Source: an uncultured cyanobacterium
GTDB lineage: Bacteria; Cyanobacteriota; Cyanobacteriia; Phormidesmidales; Phormidesmidaceae
Length of the DNA stretch: 64,000 nucleotides
Reading direction: 5' to 3'
NCBI GenBank assembly: GCA_963793265.1
Contig: CAWBZI010000001.1
Span: forward strand, 1,792,001 to 1,856,000
The position numbers and the translations under genes are program-made. This document shows positions 1 through 10,857 of the stretch, in pieces. Within the stretch, counting starts at the first letter, position 1; each line of letters starts with the position of its first letter. The notes below the pieces were generated by a model. The model had not been told where the DNA came from. It ran no database searches and saw only the letters and a list, made by a program, of their open reading frames with translations.

Positions 1-2
1 TT

Positions 3-2516
3 CTGACAGTCTTCATTGACAAACTTCGGCGTCAGCGCCGCACCCCCTAAAATCACCGGCACATCAATCCCATGCTCATTAAACCGAGCCAGGTTGTCTT
101 TCATAAAGGCCGTAGACTTCACCAGCAGGCCGCTCATAGCGATGCAGTCGGCCTGGTGCTCGTTGTAGGCCGCGATGATGTTGTCTACCGGCTGCTTAAT
201 GCCGATATTCACCACCTTGTAGCCGTTGTTAGACAAAATAATGTCTACGAGGTTTTTGCCAATATCGTGCACGTCGCCTTTCACGGTGGCAATTACCACA
301 ACGCCTTTGCCGGTATCGTCCGCCTCGTCCTTGTCCATAAAGGGCTCTAGATAGGCGACCGCTGCCTTCATGGTTTGGGCAGATTGCAGCACAAACGGAA
401 GCTGCATTTGACCCGAGCCAAACAGTTCACCAACTACTTTCATGCCGTCTAGCAAAAAGACGTTCACAATATCTAGCGGTGGATACTGCTCTAGAGCTTT
501 AGCGAGCTGATCTTCTAAACCAATGCGCTCGCCGTCGATGATGTGACGCTTGAGCTTTTCTTCGAGCGGCAGATTTTCGTCCTGGCTCGTGCGGAGCTGC
601 TTAGTGCTTTTGCCCGCAAACAGCGTCGTGAGTTCGCCTAGCGGATCGTAGGTGCAGGCGTCGCCTTCAAACTCGCGGTTGTCGTAAATTAGGTCGCGGC
701 AAATCTTCTGGTGTTCAGGCTCAATCTTCGCTAGCGGCAGAATTTTACTGGCGCTGACGATTGCGCCGTCCATGCCAACGGCCATCGCTTCGTTGAGGAA
801 GACTGAGTTGAGAACAACCCGTGAGGCCGGGTTGAGGCCAAACGATGCGTTAGAAACGCCCAGCATAATGTGACAGCCCGGCAGATTCTCGCGAATCATT
901 TTGATGGCTTTGATGGTTTCTTTGGCGTTTACTCTGTCTTCTTCAATGCCTGTAGAGATGGGGAGTACGAGCGTGTCAAAGAAGAGTTCGTAAGGAGGAA
1001 AGCCGTATTCGAGGGCGTCGCGATAGGCGCGTTGGGCGATCGCAAACTTTTTCTCAGCCGTCCGCGCCATCCCATCTTCATCAATGGTGCCAATCACCAC
1101 GCCCGCGCCATAGCGCTTAGCAATCTCAAGCACCTTAAAAAAGCGCTCATCGCCGTCTTCGTAGTTCGTCGAGTTGAGAATGCACTTACCGCCCGCTACC
1201 TTCAGCCCGGCCTCCATTTTCTCCCACTCGGTTGAGTCAAGCATCAGCGGCAGGGTAATATTTGTGACCAGTCGGGATACCAGCTCGCGCATATCGCGTT
1301 CGCCATCGCGGCCTACATAATCTACGTTCACATCCAGCACGTGCGCGCCTTCTTTCACCTGCGCTTTAGCCAGGGCCACTAGCCCGTCCCAGTCTTCAGC
1401 ATTGAGCATTTCGCGACACTTTTTAGAGCCGCTGGCGTTCAGGCGTTCGCCTACGATTAAAAATGAGTTGTCTTGTTCGTAGGGCTGCGGGCTGTAGATA
1501 GAGGCGGCAGAAGGGATGTAAGGAAGTTCGCCGTAGGGAGGCAGGGCCGCGCGATCGCCCACTTCTCTCTCTTTAGGCTTCAGGTCTTTTGAGAGTTCGG
1601 CAAGCTGTTGAATATGGTCGGTGCGCGTACCGCAGCAGCCGCCGATTACCTGCACGCCCAAATCTTCAACAAAGTGCATGAGCTGCATTCTCAGCTCCAT
1701 CGGCGTTAGGCGGTAATGGGCCTGACCGCCCACGTTTTCAGGCAGGCCCGCGTTAGGAATGCAGGACACCATGAAGGGCGAATTCTCAGAGAGATATTGA
1801 ATATGCTCCTTCATTTCAGTCGGGCCAGTCGCACAGTTCAGGCCCAAAATATCAATTGGGTACGGCTCTAAAATCGTCAGCGCCGCGCTAATTTCTGAGC
1901 CCACCAGCATCGTGCCAAAGGCTTCTACCGTTACCGATACCATCAGCGGCAGTCGCACCTGCTTTTTCTCAAAAATCTCTTCTACCGCCGTCAGCACCGC
2001 CTTAATTTGCAGCACGTCCTGGCAAGTCTCAGCCAAAATCAAATCTACGCCGCCGTCGATGAGCCCTTCTACCTGTTCTAGATAGGCGGTTCTGAGCGAG
2101 TCAAAGTCAATGTGGCCGAGCGTCGGCAGCTTGGTACCAGGGCCAATGGAACCTGCGACAAAGCGAGGCTTTTCAGGAGTGGAATAGTCGTCGGCTGCTT
2201 TACGCGCTAGCTCAGCGGCTTTTTTGTTGAGTTCGTAGGCGCGATCGCTCAAGTCATACTCAGCGAGCACCAGCGCCGTACCGCCAAACGTATCGGTTTC
2301 AATCACATCCGCGCCCGCTTCCAAAAAGCTGCGGTGCACCTTATCTACAGCTTCAGGCTTCGTCGCTACCAAATATTCGTTGCAGCCCTCGTAGGTTTCG
2401 CCGCCAAAGTCTGCTGCCGTTAGCTCCTGCATTTGCAAGGAAGTGCCCATTGCGCCATCAAAAACGAGGACAGGGCGTTCAGGACTTTTTAAACGATCTA
2501 GAAACAGACTTTTCAT
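3..2516 (-). CDS. metH: B12-dependent methionine synthase, N-terminal ~838 codons (runs off the window start)
   Basis: The reverse strand from the ATG at 2516 reads [25 protein letters not shown]...GCNEYL...[11 protein letters not shown]...GLNCATGP...[11 protein letters not shown]...IGGCCGT...[13 protein letters not shown]...[24 protein letters not shown] (Hcy-binding, pterin-binding and cobalamin-binding motifs). It is absent from the ORF track because the stop lies outside the window. Confidence 0.97.
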   Translation of the reverse strand, partial: MKSLFLDRLKSPERPVLVFDGAMGTSLQMQELTAADFGGETYEGCNEYLVATKPEAVDKVHRSFLEAGADVIETDTFGGTALVLAEYDLSDRAYELNKKAAELARKAADDYSTPEKPRFVAGSIGPGTKLPTLGHIDFDSLRTAYLEQVEGLIDGGVDLILAETCQDVLQIKAVLTAVEEIFEKKQVRLPLMVSVTVEAFGTMLVGSEISAALTILEPYPIDILGLNCATGPTEMKEHIQYLSENSPFMVSCIPNAGLPENVGGQAHYRLTPMELRMQLMHFVEDLGVQVIGGCCGTRTDHIQQLAELSKDLKPKEREVGDRAALPPYGELPYIPSAASIYSPQPYEQDNSFLIVGERLNASGSKKCREMLNAEDWDGLVALAKAQVKEGAHVLDVNVDYVGRDGERDMRELVSRLVTNITLPLMLDSTEWEKMEAGLKVAGGKCILNSTNYEDGDERFFKVLEIAKRYGAGVVIGTIDEDGMARTAEKKFAIAQRAYRDALEYGFPPYELFFDTLVLPISTGIEEDRVNAKETIKAIKMIRENLPGCHIMLGVSNASFGLNPASRVVLNSVFLNEAMAVGMDGAIVSASKILPLAKIEPEHQKICRDLIYDNREFEGDACTYDPLGELTTLFAGKSTKQLRTSQDENLPLEEKLKRHIIDGERIGLEDQLAKALEQYPPLDIVNVFLLDGMKVVGELFGSGQMQLPFVLQSAQTMKAAVAYLEPFMDKDEADDTGKGVVVIATVKGDVHDIGKNLVDIILSNNGYKVVNIGIKQPVDNIIAAYNEHQADCIAMSGLLVKSTAFMKDNLARFNEHGIDVPVILGGAALTPKFVNEDCQ

Positions 2517-2678
2517 AGCAGCAGCGCAGTTTGGAAAAGGACAAGCAAAAAAACTTAAGAAAAGCTCAACTGTAAAGCTATTGTTATTATTACTAAAAAT
2601 CCACACACTGCCCTAACTCACGGCATGAGTGCGATCGCTGTTTGCATATCAACTTCGCTCATAGGATCGATAGCCCCC

Positions 2679-3116
2679 ATGAACGGTCTACTCCCCGGAA
2701 TGCTCCGCAGCGTGCACCACGTCGCGCTGAACGTAAAAGACATGCAGGCCGCCTGCGACTTCTACGGCAACACGTTGGGCCTGCACCGACTCGTGGGCGA
2801 CGAAGTACCTAAAACCCTCGTCACCTTAGTAGCCGAAGGCAAAGTCACAAACTTCCGCACCCCCGACGGCACCATTCTCGACCTCTTTTGGACACCTGAT
2901 TTAAACGCGCCCGATGCCGATCCGAAAAAGGGCTTCACTCGCGCTGAACATCTCGCCTTTGACATTGAGCCTGAGCAGTTCGATCAGGCGATGAGCTTAC
3001 TCACACAGGCCGGAATTGACTTCAACGGGCCAATTGTCAGGCCCACCGGGCGAGGCATTTACTTCTATGACCCCGATGGGTTCATGGTCGAAGTTCGCTG
3101 CAATCCCCAAGGCTAG
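2679..3116 (+). CDS. VOC/glyoxalase-bleomycin resistance family protein
   Basis: VHHVALNVKD...FYGNTLGL, HLAF and IYFYDPDGFMVE motifs; ATG at 2679 preferred over 2625. Confidence 0.88.
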   Translation: MNGLLPGMLRSVHHVALNVKDMQAACDFYGNTLGLHRLVGDEVPKTLVTLVAEGKVTNFRTPDGTILDLFWTPDLNAPDADPKKGFTRAEHLAFDIEPEQFDQAMSLLTQAGIDFNGPIVRPTGRGIYFYDPDGFMVEVRCNPQG

Positions 3117-3148
3117 ACACGCTGAATTTAGACCCTACGCTAGACCCT

Positions 3149-4648
3149 TTGGATCAATCAACAACGCCGCTTATTAGCGCCCTACAGCACTGTGCGAATC
3201 GCGCAAGCGCACCTTTTCATACCCCAGGCCACAAGAGAGGCCAGGGCATTTCTGAGCGGCACCGGCAGCTATTTGGTGACAAAGCCTTTCGCGCCGATCT
3301 ACCCGAACTTCCTGACTTGGACAATCTATTCGCGCCTGAAGGCGTTATTCTTCAAGCGCAACAGCTTGCCGCTGAAGCCTTTGGAGCCGAGCAAACTTGG
3401 TTCTTAGCAAACGGTTCTACCTGCGGCATCGAAGCAGCGATTCTAGCCACCTGTGGGCCTGGTGAAAAGATTATTCTGCCGCGTAACGTTCATAGCTCGG
3501 CTATTTCTGGGATGGTTTTGTCAGGCGCAGTCCCGGTCTATGTGCAACCTCAATACAGTCATGATTGGGACTTAACGCTGGGCGTTGATCCTGTTGATAT
3601 TGAGCGATCGCTTATAGACCATCCAGACGCCAAAGCGGTTCTGATTGTTTCACCAACCTATCACGGGTTTTGTTCAAATTTAGAGGCGATCGCGCATCTC
3701 ACCCACGCCTACAACCTGCCGCTCATCGTAGACGAAGCCCACGCCCCACATTTTGCCTTTCATCCTGACTTTCCAACTTCAGCGATCACGGCCACCGCAG
3801 ATATTGTCATCCAGTCGGCGCACAAGGTCTTAAGCGCCTTTACACAGGCCGCTTTGCTGCACGTGCAAGGAGAACGGATTGATCGCGATCGCCTCACCCA
3901 ATCCCTACAGCTCACCCAGTCCACTAGCCCCAGCTATTTACTACTCGGATCGCTAGATGCTGCCCGTCATCAGATGGCGACACAGGGGTTTGCGCTGATG
4001 GAACAGACCTTGGCTTTAGCCGATCGCGCTAGCCGAGAACTCAGTGAGATAGAAGGGCTGAGTGTGTTTCGACCCGGCGCAGATGCGGGAATTGGGGCGA
4101 GGATTTTAGGCGATCGCACCCGTCTCACCGTAGACGTATCGGCCTTAAACCTCACAGGATTCGAGGCCGACGACATCCTTCACAGCCGCTTTCACGTCAC
4201 CGCCGAACTCCCGACCCTACGGCACCTGATGTTCATCATTTCACTGGGCAACACGGATAGCGACATCACTCAGCTCGTCGAAAGCTTCCGTCAGCTCAGC
4301 CAGCTTTCAGCTTCCAGAAAACCAATTACAGATATCCATAAAAACGCTCGTCTTTACCCCAGTGAAAACGTGTTCGAGCCGGGAACAGAGCGTAGTCATA
4401 GCCCGCGACAGGCATTCTTCGCGCCCAAACATCCCGTTCCTATCGCTCAAGCCGTCGGCCATATCTGCGCCGAAACCATCTGCCCCTATCCGCCCGGCAT
4501 TCCGACCCTGTTTCCTGGCGAACCGATTACCGAAAGTGCGATCGCCTACCTCCAACACATTCAAAGCGCGGGCGGCATCATCACCGGCTGTCGCGATTCG
4601 AGTCTAGAAACAATCTTGGTAATCACCGACCGGCCCACCACAGGCTGA
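3149..4648 (+). CDS. PLP-dependent Orn/Lys/Arg decarboxylase family protein
   Basis: FHTPGHKRG, NGSTCG, RNVHSS, VDEAH, QSAHK (PLP lysine), STSPSY and CPYPPGIP motifs. Confidence 0.93.
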   Translation: MDQSTTPLISALQHCANRASAPFHTPGHKRGQGISERHRQLFGDKAFRADLPELPDLDNLFAPEGVILQAQQLAAEAFGAEQTWFLANGSTCGIEAAILATCGPGEKIILPRNVHSSAISGMVLSGAVPVYVQPQYSHDWDLTLGVDPVDIERSLIDHPDAKAVLIVSPTYHGFCSNLEAIAHLTHAYNLPLIVDEAHAPHFAFHPDFPTSAITATADIVIQSAHKVLSAFTQAALLHVQGERIDRDRLTQSLQLTQSTSPSYLLLGSLDAARHQMATQGFALMEQTLALADRASRELSEIEGLSVFRPGADAGIGARILGDRTRLTVDVSALNLTGFEADDILHSRFHVTAELPTLRHLMFIISLGNTDSDITQLVESFRQLSQLSASRKPITDIHKNARLYPSENVFEPGTERSHSPRQAFFAPKHPVPIAQAVGHICAETICPYPPGIPTLFPGEPITESAIAYLQHIQSAGGIITGCRDSSLETILVITDRPTTG

Positions 4649-4721
4649 TACGATCCGAACTTTAAGCTCATACACCAGCACACACTGTTCATCTCAAATA
4701 CTCCTCGCCTTCTTCCTTTGT

Positions 4722-5318
4722 ATGTCTGCACTTTGGCCCTACGTGACTCCCGGCATTCCCGACCGGCTCTTTCAGCAGCTACCGGGCATCCCACTCACCC
4801 AAAGAGAAGTGCGCTTGCTCGTCATCGGCTGCCTGCGGCTAAAAGCAGACGCCCATCTGTGGGACATTGGCGCAGGTACGGGCACCGTGGCAATTGAGGC
4901 CGCTCTGCTGTGCCCCCAGGGCAAAATTACCGCCGTAGAGCGAGACGAAGAAGTCGCGACCCTGATTAAGACAAACTGCGATCGCTTCTCAGTGACCAAC
5001 GTCAACGTCATCGCAGGCAACGCGCCCGAATGCCTCAACCATATTCAGGGCACCCCAAGCTGCATTTTGATTGAAGGTGCACCCTTGCAAACCACGCTCG
5101 AAGCCGCCGCTGTAAAACTCGCTATCGGTGGCCGCATCGTCGTTACAGCCAATAACTTAGAAGCGCTCTACACCGCTCGAGAAACCTTTGCCGCCCTGCA
5201 CTTGCGCAACATCGAAGTCGCTCAGCCCGCCGTCAACCGCCTGGAAACGAGAGGAAACCGTCAGGTTTTCGCCGCCGTTGATCCTATCTTCATTATCAGC
5301 GGCGACAAGCTCGAATAA
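4722..5318 (+). CDS. cbiT: precorrin-6B C15-methyltransferase (decarboxylating), CbiT subunit
   Basis: LWPYVTPGIPD...PGIPLTQREVR, WDIGAGTGTVAIE SAM motif. Confidence 0.93.
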   Translation: MSALWPYVTPGIPDRLFQQLPGIPLTQREVRLLVIGCLRLKADAHLWDIGAGTGTVAIEAALLCPQGKITAVERDEEVATLIKTNCDRFSVTNVNVIAGNAPECLNHIQGTPSCILIEGAPLQTTLEAAAVKLAIGGRIVVTANNLEALYTARETFAALHLRNIEVAQPAVNRLETRGNRQVFAAVDPIFIISGDKLE

Positions 5319-5384
5319 ATCTATGAAGGAGCCGCGAAGCTCATACGGCGCTTTATCTCAAGATTGTGCTTTTAATCTCAGAGC

Positions 5385-5398
5385 ACGTAGATATACTG
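5385..5398. promoter_or_regulatory. candidate transcription-factor site GTA-N4-TAC (ACGTAGATATACTG)
   Basis: Intergenic; matches the motif seen at 5549, 7722 and 20363. Confidence 0.4.
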
Positions 5399-5548
5399 AG
5401 TACGAAACAGTCGTGCCTTTGAACGAGATAAAGCGCGTTTCTACTTAAAAACGTGCTTTTGATACGCGTAAACAGACCGATAAAGACTGTTTAAAGATGT
5501 CGACACACTGTTTGCTGTTAAAAATTTGGCGTGCTCAAATTACGTATG

Positions 5549-5562
5549 CAGTATTTTTACGG
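5549..5562. promoter_or_regulatory. candidate transcription-factor site CAGTATTTTTACGG
   Basis: Exact reverse complement of 20363-20376; lies upstream of the HpsE-EAL gene. Confidence 0.5.
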
Positions 5563-5626
5563 TTCGCGTATCTAGCCTGGTACACGTGTACCTAATACGG
5601 TTCATCTTCCCAACTTGGTTCCCTTC

Positions 5627-7579
5627 ATGCCCAGTTCTGAACAGCTCAGCAGCTCAGAGATAGGATCCATCACCCTCTGTCAGCCGTCCGCCCGTCTTAG
5701 TGAGATGCACTCTGAGATGCACTCTGAGATGCACTCGCACCAGCCGCTCGCGCCATCACCAGCCATTCCATCACAGGCCATCTCATCAGAGCCCGTGCAA
5801 ACTATCCCACAAACGATCGACATCACCATCGCAATCCCGACCTACAACGGTGCCGCTAAGCTGCCGCTAGTGCTTGACCGATTGCGATCGCAGCTCAACC
5901 CAGACGGTATCAACTGGGAAATCATCGTGTGCGACAACGTAAGCACCGACGACACCCGCGAAGTCGTTCGCCACTATCAAAAAAACTGGCCCGCTCAGTA
6001 CCCGCTTCACTACTGCTTTGCCGCCGAACAAGGCGCTGCGTTTGCTAGGCAGTACGCCGTAAATATTGCAACCGGCGACATCATCGCCTTTTTAGACGAC
6101 GACAATCTACCGGCTGAAGACTGGATCGCCCAGGCTTATCGCTTCGCCCAAGTGCACCCCAAAGCAGGCGCATTCGGCTCTCAAATCCACGGCAAGTTTG
6201 AAACTGAGCTGCCCGCCGACCTCAAAGGTATTGAATGCTTTCTGGCAATTATCGAACGCGGCGAAAAGCCTCATCTATACGAGCCTTCTACTAAAATGCT
6301 GCCGCCTGCCGCTGGGCTAGTCGTTCGCAAACAAGCCTGGCTGAGCGCGGTTCCTCCTCGACTGTTTCTTAACAACAAAGGCAAGGAAGCCGGGCTCGCC
6401 AGTGAGGATCTAGAGGCCAATCTATACATTCAAAAAGCAGGCTGGGAAGTTTGGTACAACCCTGCGATGGTGGTGTATCACGACATTCCGAACGTCCGCC
6501 TGCAAAAGCAATACTTAATGACGCTGCTCAAATGCGTGGGCCTCAGCCGCTTTCATATTCGGATGCTAGGGATTCAGACCTGGAAAAAGCCGTTCTTCAT
6601 CCCAGCCTACATTGCCAACGACTTTCGTCAGCTCGTGCTACACCGGCTACGTCACGGCGCAACCGCTCAGCTCAACACCTTAGAAAGCTGTCAGCGATCG
6701 CTTCTCACCAGCACCGTCGCCAGCCCTTTATTCCTCTTGCGCAAAGTCTACCGAGACAGTATCGAGTCTCGCCAAGACCGACAGCATAGCGATCGCGCCC
6801 AATGGCTCGCCATCATCGCCAAAGCCTTTGAAAACGACCAGTTTGCGCTCTATCAGCAGCCCGTTATTCAAGTAGGCCAGCACAGCGATCCATCAAGTTC
6901 AGGCCAAAAAGAGCTACTGCTGCGACTGTGCAACGACCAAAACGAATACGTCTTGCCCAGTAGCTTCCTACCCACAGCCAAGCGCTACGGCCTCATGCGT
7001 ACGATTGACCGCTGGGTGATTCGCCATCTGTTTAACTGGGTGGCCCGCCAAAGCCATCAGCCTTCGTTTGCAAAAGCTCTTTTGCAGCAGGGTTCCTCTC
7101 CGCTATATTCCATCAACTTATCTGCCGAAAGCATTCAAGACCGTAGCCTGATCGGCTTCATCGCTGACAAAATAACGGCTGCTAACTTGCCACCTGGCCT
7201 GTTTTGCTTTGAGATCGCAGCTAAGAATGTGATCGCGCTGCCCAGCCAAACCCGCGAGCTGGCAACCGCCCTCCATCAGATCGGCTGTCAGGTCACCCTA
7301 GATGATGTGGCCTTCAGCCAAAGTGCCACGTTCAGCCGCGAAATCACCGAGATCATTGATCATCTGCCGATTGACTACATCAAGCTAAATTCTGAGCGAA
7401 TGGGTGATCGTGAAATGGCAGGTAAAGGGGCGTGGGCTCAGATCAGGGCGCTGGTGAACAACCGGCCCGTGCAGGCGATCGCCAAAGGCATAGAGTCTCA
7501 GGCCACGCTCGAAGCCGTACAGGCGCAGGGCATTCGCTACGCCCAAGGCTACCAAACCGGACGCCCTCAGCTCTTATAA
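5627..7579 (+). CDS. HpsE-like GT2 glycosyltransferase fused to a C-terminal degenerate EAL domain
   Basis: GT2 part: IAIPTYNGA, EQGAAFAR, FLDDD, HPKAGAFGSQIHG, ASEDLE, GWEVWYNP. EAL part: FALYQQP, ELLLRL, PSSFLPTAKRYGLMRTIDRWVI, SINLS, LDDVA, IDYIKL, AKGIE, YAQGY. Start codon uncertain (5615 TTG or 5627 ATG). Confidence 0.9.
   Translation: MPSSEQLSSSEIGSITLCQPSARLSEMHSEMHSEMHSHQPLAPSPAIPSQAISSEPVQTIPQTIDITIAIPTYNGAAKLPLVLDRLRSQLNPDGINWEIIVCDNVSTDDTREVVRHYQKNWPAQYPLHYCFAAEQGAAFARQYAVNIATGDIIAFLDDDNLPAEDWIAQAYRFAQVHPKAGAFGSQIHGKFETELPADLKGIECFLAIIERGEKPHLYEPSTKMLPPAAGLVVRKQAWLSAVPPRLFLNNKGKEAGLASEDLEANLYIQKAGWEVWYNPAMVVYHDIPNVRLQKQYLMTLLKCVGLSRFHIRMLGIQTWKKPFFIPAYIANDFRQLVLHRLRHGATAQLNTLESCQRSLLTSTVASPLFLLRKVYRDSIESRQDRQHSDRAQWLAIIAKAFENDQFALYQQPVIQVGQHSDPSSSGQKELLLRLCNDQNEYVLPSSFLPTAKRYGLMRTIDRWVIRHLFNWVARQSHQPSFAKALLQQGSSPLYSINLSAESIQDRSLIGFIADKITAANLPPGLFCFEIAAKNVIALPSQTRELATALHQIGCQVTLDDVAFSQSATFSREITEIIDHLPIDYIKLNSERMGDREMAGKGAWAQIRALVNNRPVQAIAKGIESQATLEAVQAQGIRYAQGYQTGRPQLL
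5701..5736 (+). repeat. 12-bp tandem repeat x3 (TGAGATGCACTC; encodes EMHS)
   Basis: Read directly from the sequence. Confidence 0.9.
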
Positions 7580-7721
7580 GCTTTATATATTACAAGTTCG
7601 TCTTCACAAGCTTATTTTCGCAAACTTAAATAATCCTTAGTCAGCGTGAACATTGCGTAAACCCCAGCGCATTTCAATCGCTTTCTCGGCAACATCGCTT
7701 AATTTATGAAGCAAGTAGCGT

Positions 7722-7735
7722 CAGTAAATATACGG
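7722..7735. promoter_or_regulatory. candidate transcription-factor site CAGTAAATATACGG
   Basis: Same CAGTA-N4-TACGG motif, ~38 bp upstream of the GT4 operon start. Confidence 0.5.
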
Positions 7736-7772
7736 CTCGGCGCTGGTGTTCTTTTTTTAGGTGAGTTGCCCC

Positions 7773-8987
7773 ATGAAGATTCTAATGCTGGCACCGCATC
7801 CTTTCTATCAGCCACGAGGCACGCCGATCGCAGCTAACTTAGTGTTAAGAGTACTTTCTGAGCGCGGCGAACAGGTCGATATGGTGACCTTTCCTGAAGG
7901 CAGCGACGTTGACTATCCAGGCGTCACCATTCACCGTACGCCCGCGCTCAAAATCGTCGAAAACATCCGCCCCGGCTTTTCAGTTAAGAAAATTATCTGC
8001 GACGTGTTTCTGCTAGCGCGCGCCTTCCAACTCGCCAAGCGCAACCAGTACGACCTCATCCATGCCGGGGAAGAGGCAGTTTTCATTGCGCTCTTGCTCA
8101 AAAAGCTGCTGGGCATTCCCTATGTCTACGACATGGACTCTTCGCTCGTTCAGCAGCTTATGGACAAGCATCCGCGCGTTCGCTGGGTGAAAAAGCTGCT
8201 TCAGGCTTGCGAAGGTGTTGCAGTTAGAAACGCGAATGCAGTGCTAGCCGTATGTGAAGCGCTCAGAACTGAAATTCAGCCCTATCGGCCTAGAAAAGTT
8301 GACATCATTCCTGATATTTCACTACTCAACGATACGAGTGCGAGCCTTCAGAATGATACAGAGCACCTGAAGTCTCAGTTTCAGATTGAAGGCGTGATGC
8401 TGATGTATGTTGGCAACTTGGAGCGCTATCAGGGTATAGACTTACTGCTGGCTAGTTTTGCAAAAGCTTTGAAGTCTAAGCCGGACGCGCATTTAGTGGC
8501 GATTGGTGGCAATGCGGATGATGTTCAAAAGTATCAGGCGCAGGCGCAGGCTTTGGGGGTGAGCGATCGCATCCATTTCATCGGCCCCCGCCCCATTGCC
8601 AAGCTCAAGCACTACCTCGCTCAGGCCGACATTGTTGTATCGCCACGAACCCAGGGCAACAACACGCCAATGAAGCTCTATTCCTACTTGGACAGCGGCA
8701 AAGCGTTACTGGCTACCGACCTCACTACGCATACTCAAGTGTTGAACGACCGAATCGCGCTATTAGCGAAGCCAGAAGTTGACGCGTTTGCAAAAGGAAT
8801 TGAGCACTTAATTGAGCATCCTGAACTTCGCGCCAGATTAGGCAAAGCGGCTCAGGCATACATTGCGAAGTCTCATACTTACGAAGCCTTTTCGCTTAAG
8901 CTTGCCTCGCTTTACGACTGGGTGAAAAAGGAGCTGCCAGTTAAGGAAGTTGTGCCTGCTAAAGTACCTGCGACGATAGCGCATTAG
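7773..8987 (+). CDS. GT4 (GT-B fold) glycosyltransferase
   Basis: MKILMLAPHPF, YVGNLERYQGIDLL, ADIVVSPR..GNNTPMKLYSYL.SGK. Confidence 0.9.
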   Translation: MKILMLAPHPFYQPRGTPIAANLVLRVLSERGEQVDMVTFPEGSDVDYPGVTIHRTPALKIVENIRPGFSVKKIICDVFLLARAFQLAKRNQYDLIHAGEEAVFIALLLKKLLGIPYVYDMDSSLVQQLMDKHPRVRWVKKLLQACEGVAVRNANAVLAVCEALRTEIQPYRPRKVDIIPDISLLNDTSASLQNDTEHLKSQFQIEGVMLMYVGNLERYQGIDLLLASFAKALKSKPDAHLVAIGGNADDVQKYQAQAQALGVSDRIHFIGPRPIAKLKHYLAQADIVVSPRTQGNNTPMKLYSYLDSGKALLATDLTTHTQVLNDRIALLAKPEVDAFAKGIEHLIEHPELRARLGKAAQAYIAKSHTYEAFSLKLASLYDWVKKELPVKEVVPAKVPATIAH

Positions 8988-9049
8988 TTCGTGCCTGTTT
9001 GCGTCACATATCGAAATCCACCAGCCACCAGCAACAGGAACCTGTAACC

Positions 9050-10795
9050 GTGCATCGAGACTTAGCCGCTCTATCCAACCAATCTTTCGACGTGCTCGTC
9101 ATCGGCGGCGGCATCCACGGCGCTTGCGCAGCCTACGAAGCAGCCCTCAGAGGACTCTCAGTCACCCTCGTAGAACAGTCAGATTTTGCCTCTGGCACTT
9201 CGGCTAATAGCCTCAAGGTCATTCACGGTGGACTGCGCTATCTACAGACTGCTGACTTCAGGCGAATGCGCCAGTCGATTAAAGAGCGTCAGACGCTGAT
9301 GCGAATTGCGCCGCATCTGGTGCATCCGATGCCGGTATTGGTGCCGACCTATGGTCATGGCATTAAAGGTAAGGAGGCGATGACGGTGGCGCTGAAAATG
9401 AATGATGTGATTAGTGGCGATCGCAACTTCCCACTCAAAGATCCCCAAAAGCACATTCCCCCCGGCAGGCTCCTCTCCAAAGCTGCCTGCCTCGAACAGC
9501 TACCTGACCTTCCTACCGATGGACTCACTGGAGCCGCCCAGTTTTACGATGCTCAAGTTTATAACTCGGAGCAGCTTGTGCTGGCGTTTGTGCAGTCGGC
9601 AGCGCAGTATGGGGCGCAGGTTGCGAACTACCTTCGGGTTGTAGGGATAGCGCGAAAGGGCGATCGCGTTACCGGGGCGGTAGTGCAAGATCAGCTTGGC
9701 GGCGATCGCTTCACCATCCAAGCCAAAACCATCCTCAACGCCAGCGGCCCCTGGATTGATCAGCTCGTCTCTATCACCAAAGAGGCCACCGGAAAGGCTA
9801 ACACCGAAGCAGCGACAGCTAAAGCCGCGCCCAAACTAGCCAAGGCGATGAACTTAGTCACGCGGCCCCTGTTTGGCCCACAGCAAAAAAACGCAGTGGG
9901 CATCACTGGCAGAGCCTCGGGTAGCCGTCTATTCTTCGTCGCACCCTGGCGCGGTAAATCTTTAGTCGGCACGTGGTACGGCCCCAATAACGAAGCCATC
10001 TATCCACCAGCAGCCACGACCGCTGAAGTCACCGATTTTCTCACCGACATCAATCAGGCTTACCCCACTTTTAACCTCACCCCTGATGATGTGGAATGGG
10101 TACACTGCGGCCTCCTTCCGAGCGATGGCGTTTCTGCTAAAACAGGCGATATGAAGCTCACCAAAAGCTTTCAGCTCAAAGACCATCGACGTGATGGCTT
10201 AAAAGGTCTGCTTTCGATTAAAGGCGTTAAATACACCACCGCTAGAGACTTAGCGCGAAAGGCAGTGGACTGGGTGTTTCTCGATCAGCAGCGTAGCGCA
10301 CCGCCGTCTTACTCCCACAAAGAGAGATTGTGTGGGGGTGATATTCAGGCGTTTGATCGGTTTATGGCGATCGCAACCAAAACCCACGCCAACAAAATCT
10401 CACCCGAAACCATTAAGCGGCTAGTTCACAACTACGGCTCTGAGTATTCAAAAGTCTTACAGGAGATCGATTCACCGCTGACTGATAGCGCTGAGTCAGA
10501 CAAACAAATCCTCGCCGCTGAGGTGAGATATAGCCTCAGAAACACGATGCCTCAAACGTTAGCAGATGTGGTTTTCAGGCGTACTGAACTAGGCGCTACC
10601 GGACATCCTGGAAATGAGGCTTTGCAGCTTTGTAGTCAAATCATGAGCGAAGCTTTGGGTTGGAGCCCTGATAGACAGGCGGCTGAGATGAAGCAAGTTC
10701 TAGAAAAATTTGGCACTTGGCAAAGAAAAGAGGGCTCCAGTCAACCGTCTTTACCCAGAACGTCTGCCGAGCGATCGCTGCGGTGTGCGGTGTAA
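9050..10795 (+). CDS. FAD-dependent glycerol-3-phosphate dehydrogenase/oxidase (GlpD/GlpO-like)
   Basis: DVLVIGGGIHG, DFASGTSANSLKVIHGGLRYLQ, NASGPW, GVKYTTAR and the C-terminal LADVVFRRTELG motif. GTG at 9050 chosen as start. Confidence 0.88.
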   Translation: MHRDLAALSNQSFDVLVIGGGIHGACAAYEAALRGLSVTLVEQSDFASGTSANSLKVIHGGLRYLQTADFRRMRQSIKERQTLMRIAPHLVHPMPVLVPTYGHGIKGKEAMTVALKMNDVISGDRNFPLKDPQKHIPPGRLLSKAACLEQLPDLPTDGLTGAAQFYDAQVYNSEQLVLAFVQSAAQYGAQVANYLRVVGIARKGDRVTGAVVQDQLGGDRFTIQAKTILNASGPWIDQLVSITKEATGKANTEAATAKAAPKLAKAMNLVTRPLFGPQQKNAVGITGRASGSRLFFVAPWRGKSLVGTWYGPNNEAIYPPAATTAEVTDFLTDINQAYPTFNLTPDDVEWVHCGLLPSDGVSAKTGDMKLTKSFQLKDHRRDGLKGLLSIKGVKYTTARDLARKAVDWVFLDQQRSAPPSYSHKERLCGGDIQAFDRFMAIATKTHANKISPETIKRLVHNYGSEYSKVLQEIDSPLTDSAESDKQILAAEVRYSLRNTMPQTLADVVFRRTELGATGHPGNEALQLCSQIMSEALGWSPDRQAAEMKQVLEKFGTWQRKEGSSQPSLPRTSAERSLRCAV

Positions 10796-10857
10796 GTTTT
10801 CCGCCAGCCGTCCTATCATCAGGGTTTTCGCCATCTTTCACCAGCATTTCTTCCGCT

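Noticed and set aside
72..1235. Plus-strand ORFs 72-350 and 870-1235
   Set aside because: Antisense shadows of metH.
2517..2678. Cobalamin riboswitch upstream of metH
   Set aside because: The spacer is short and AT-rich, and I recognise no B12-box or riboswitch core.
5701..5736. EMHS x3 repeat as a phase-variation switch
   Set aside because: The 12-bp unit preserves frame and lies in a low-complexity N-terminal extension; the same holds for the 11432 repeat.
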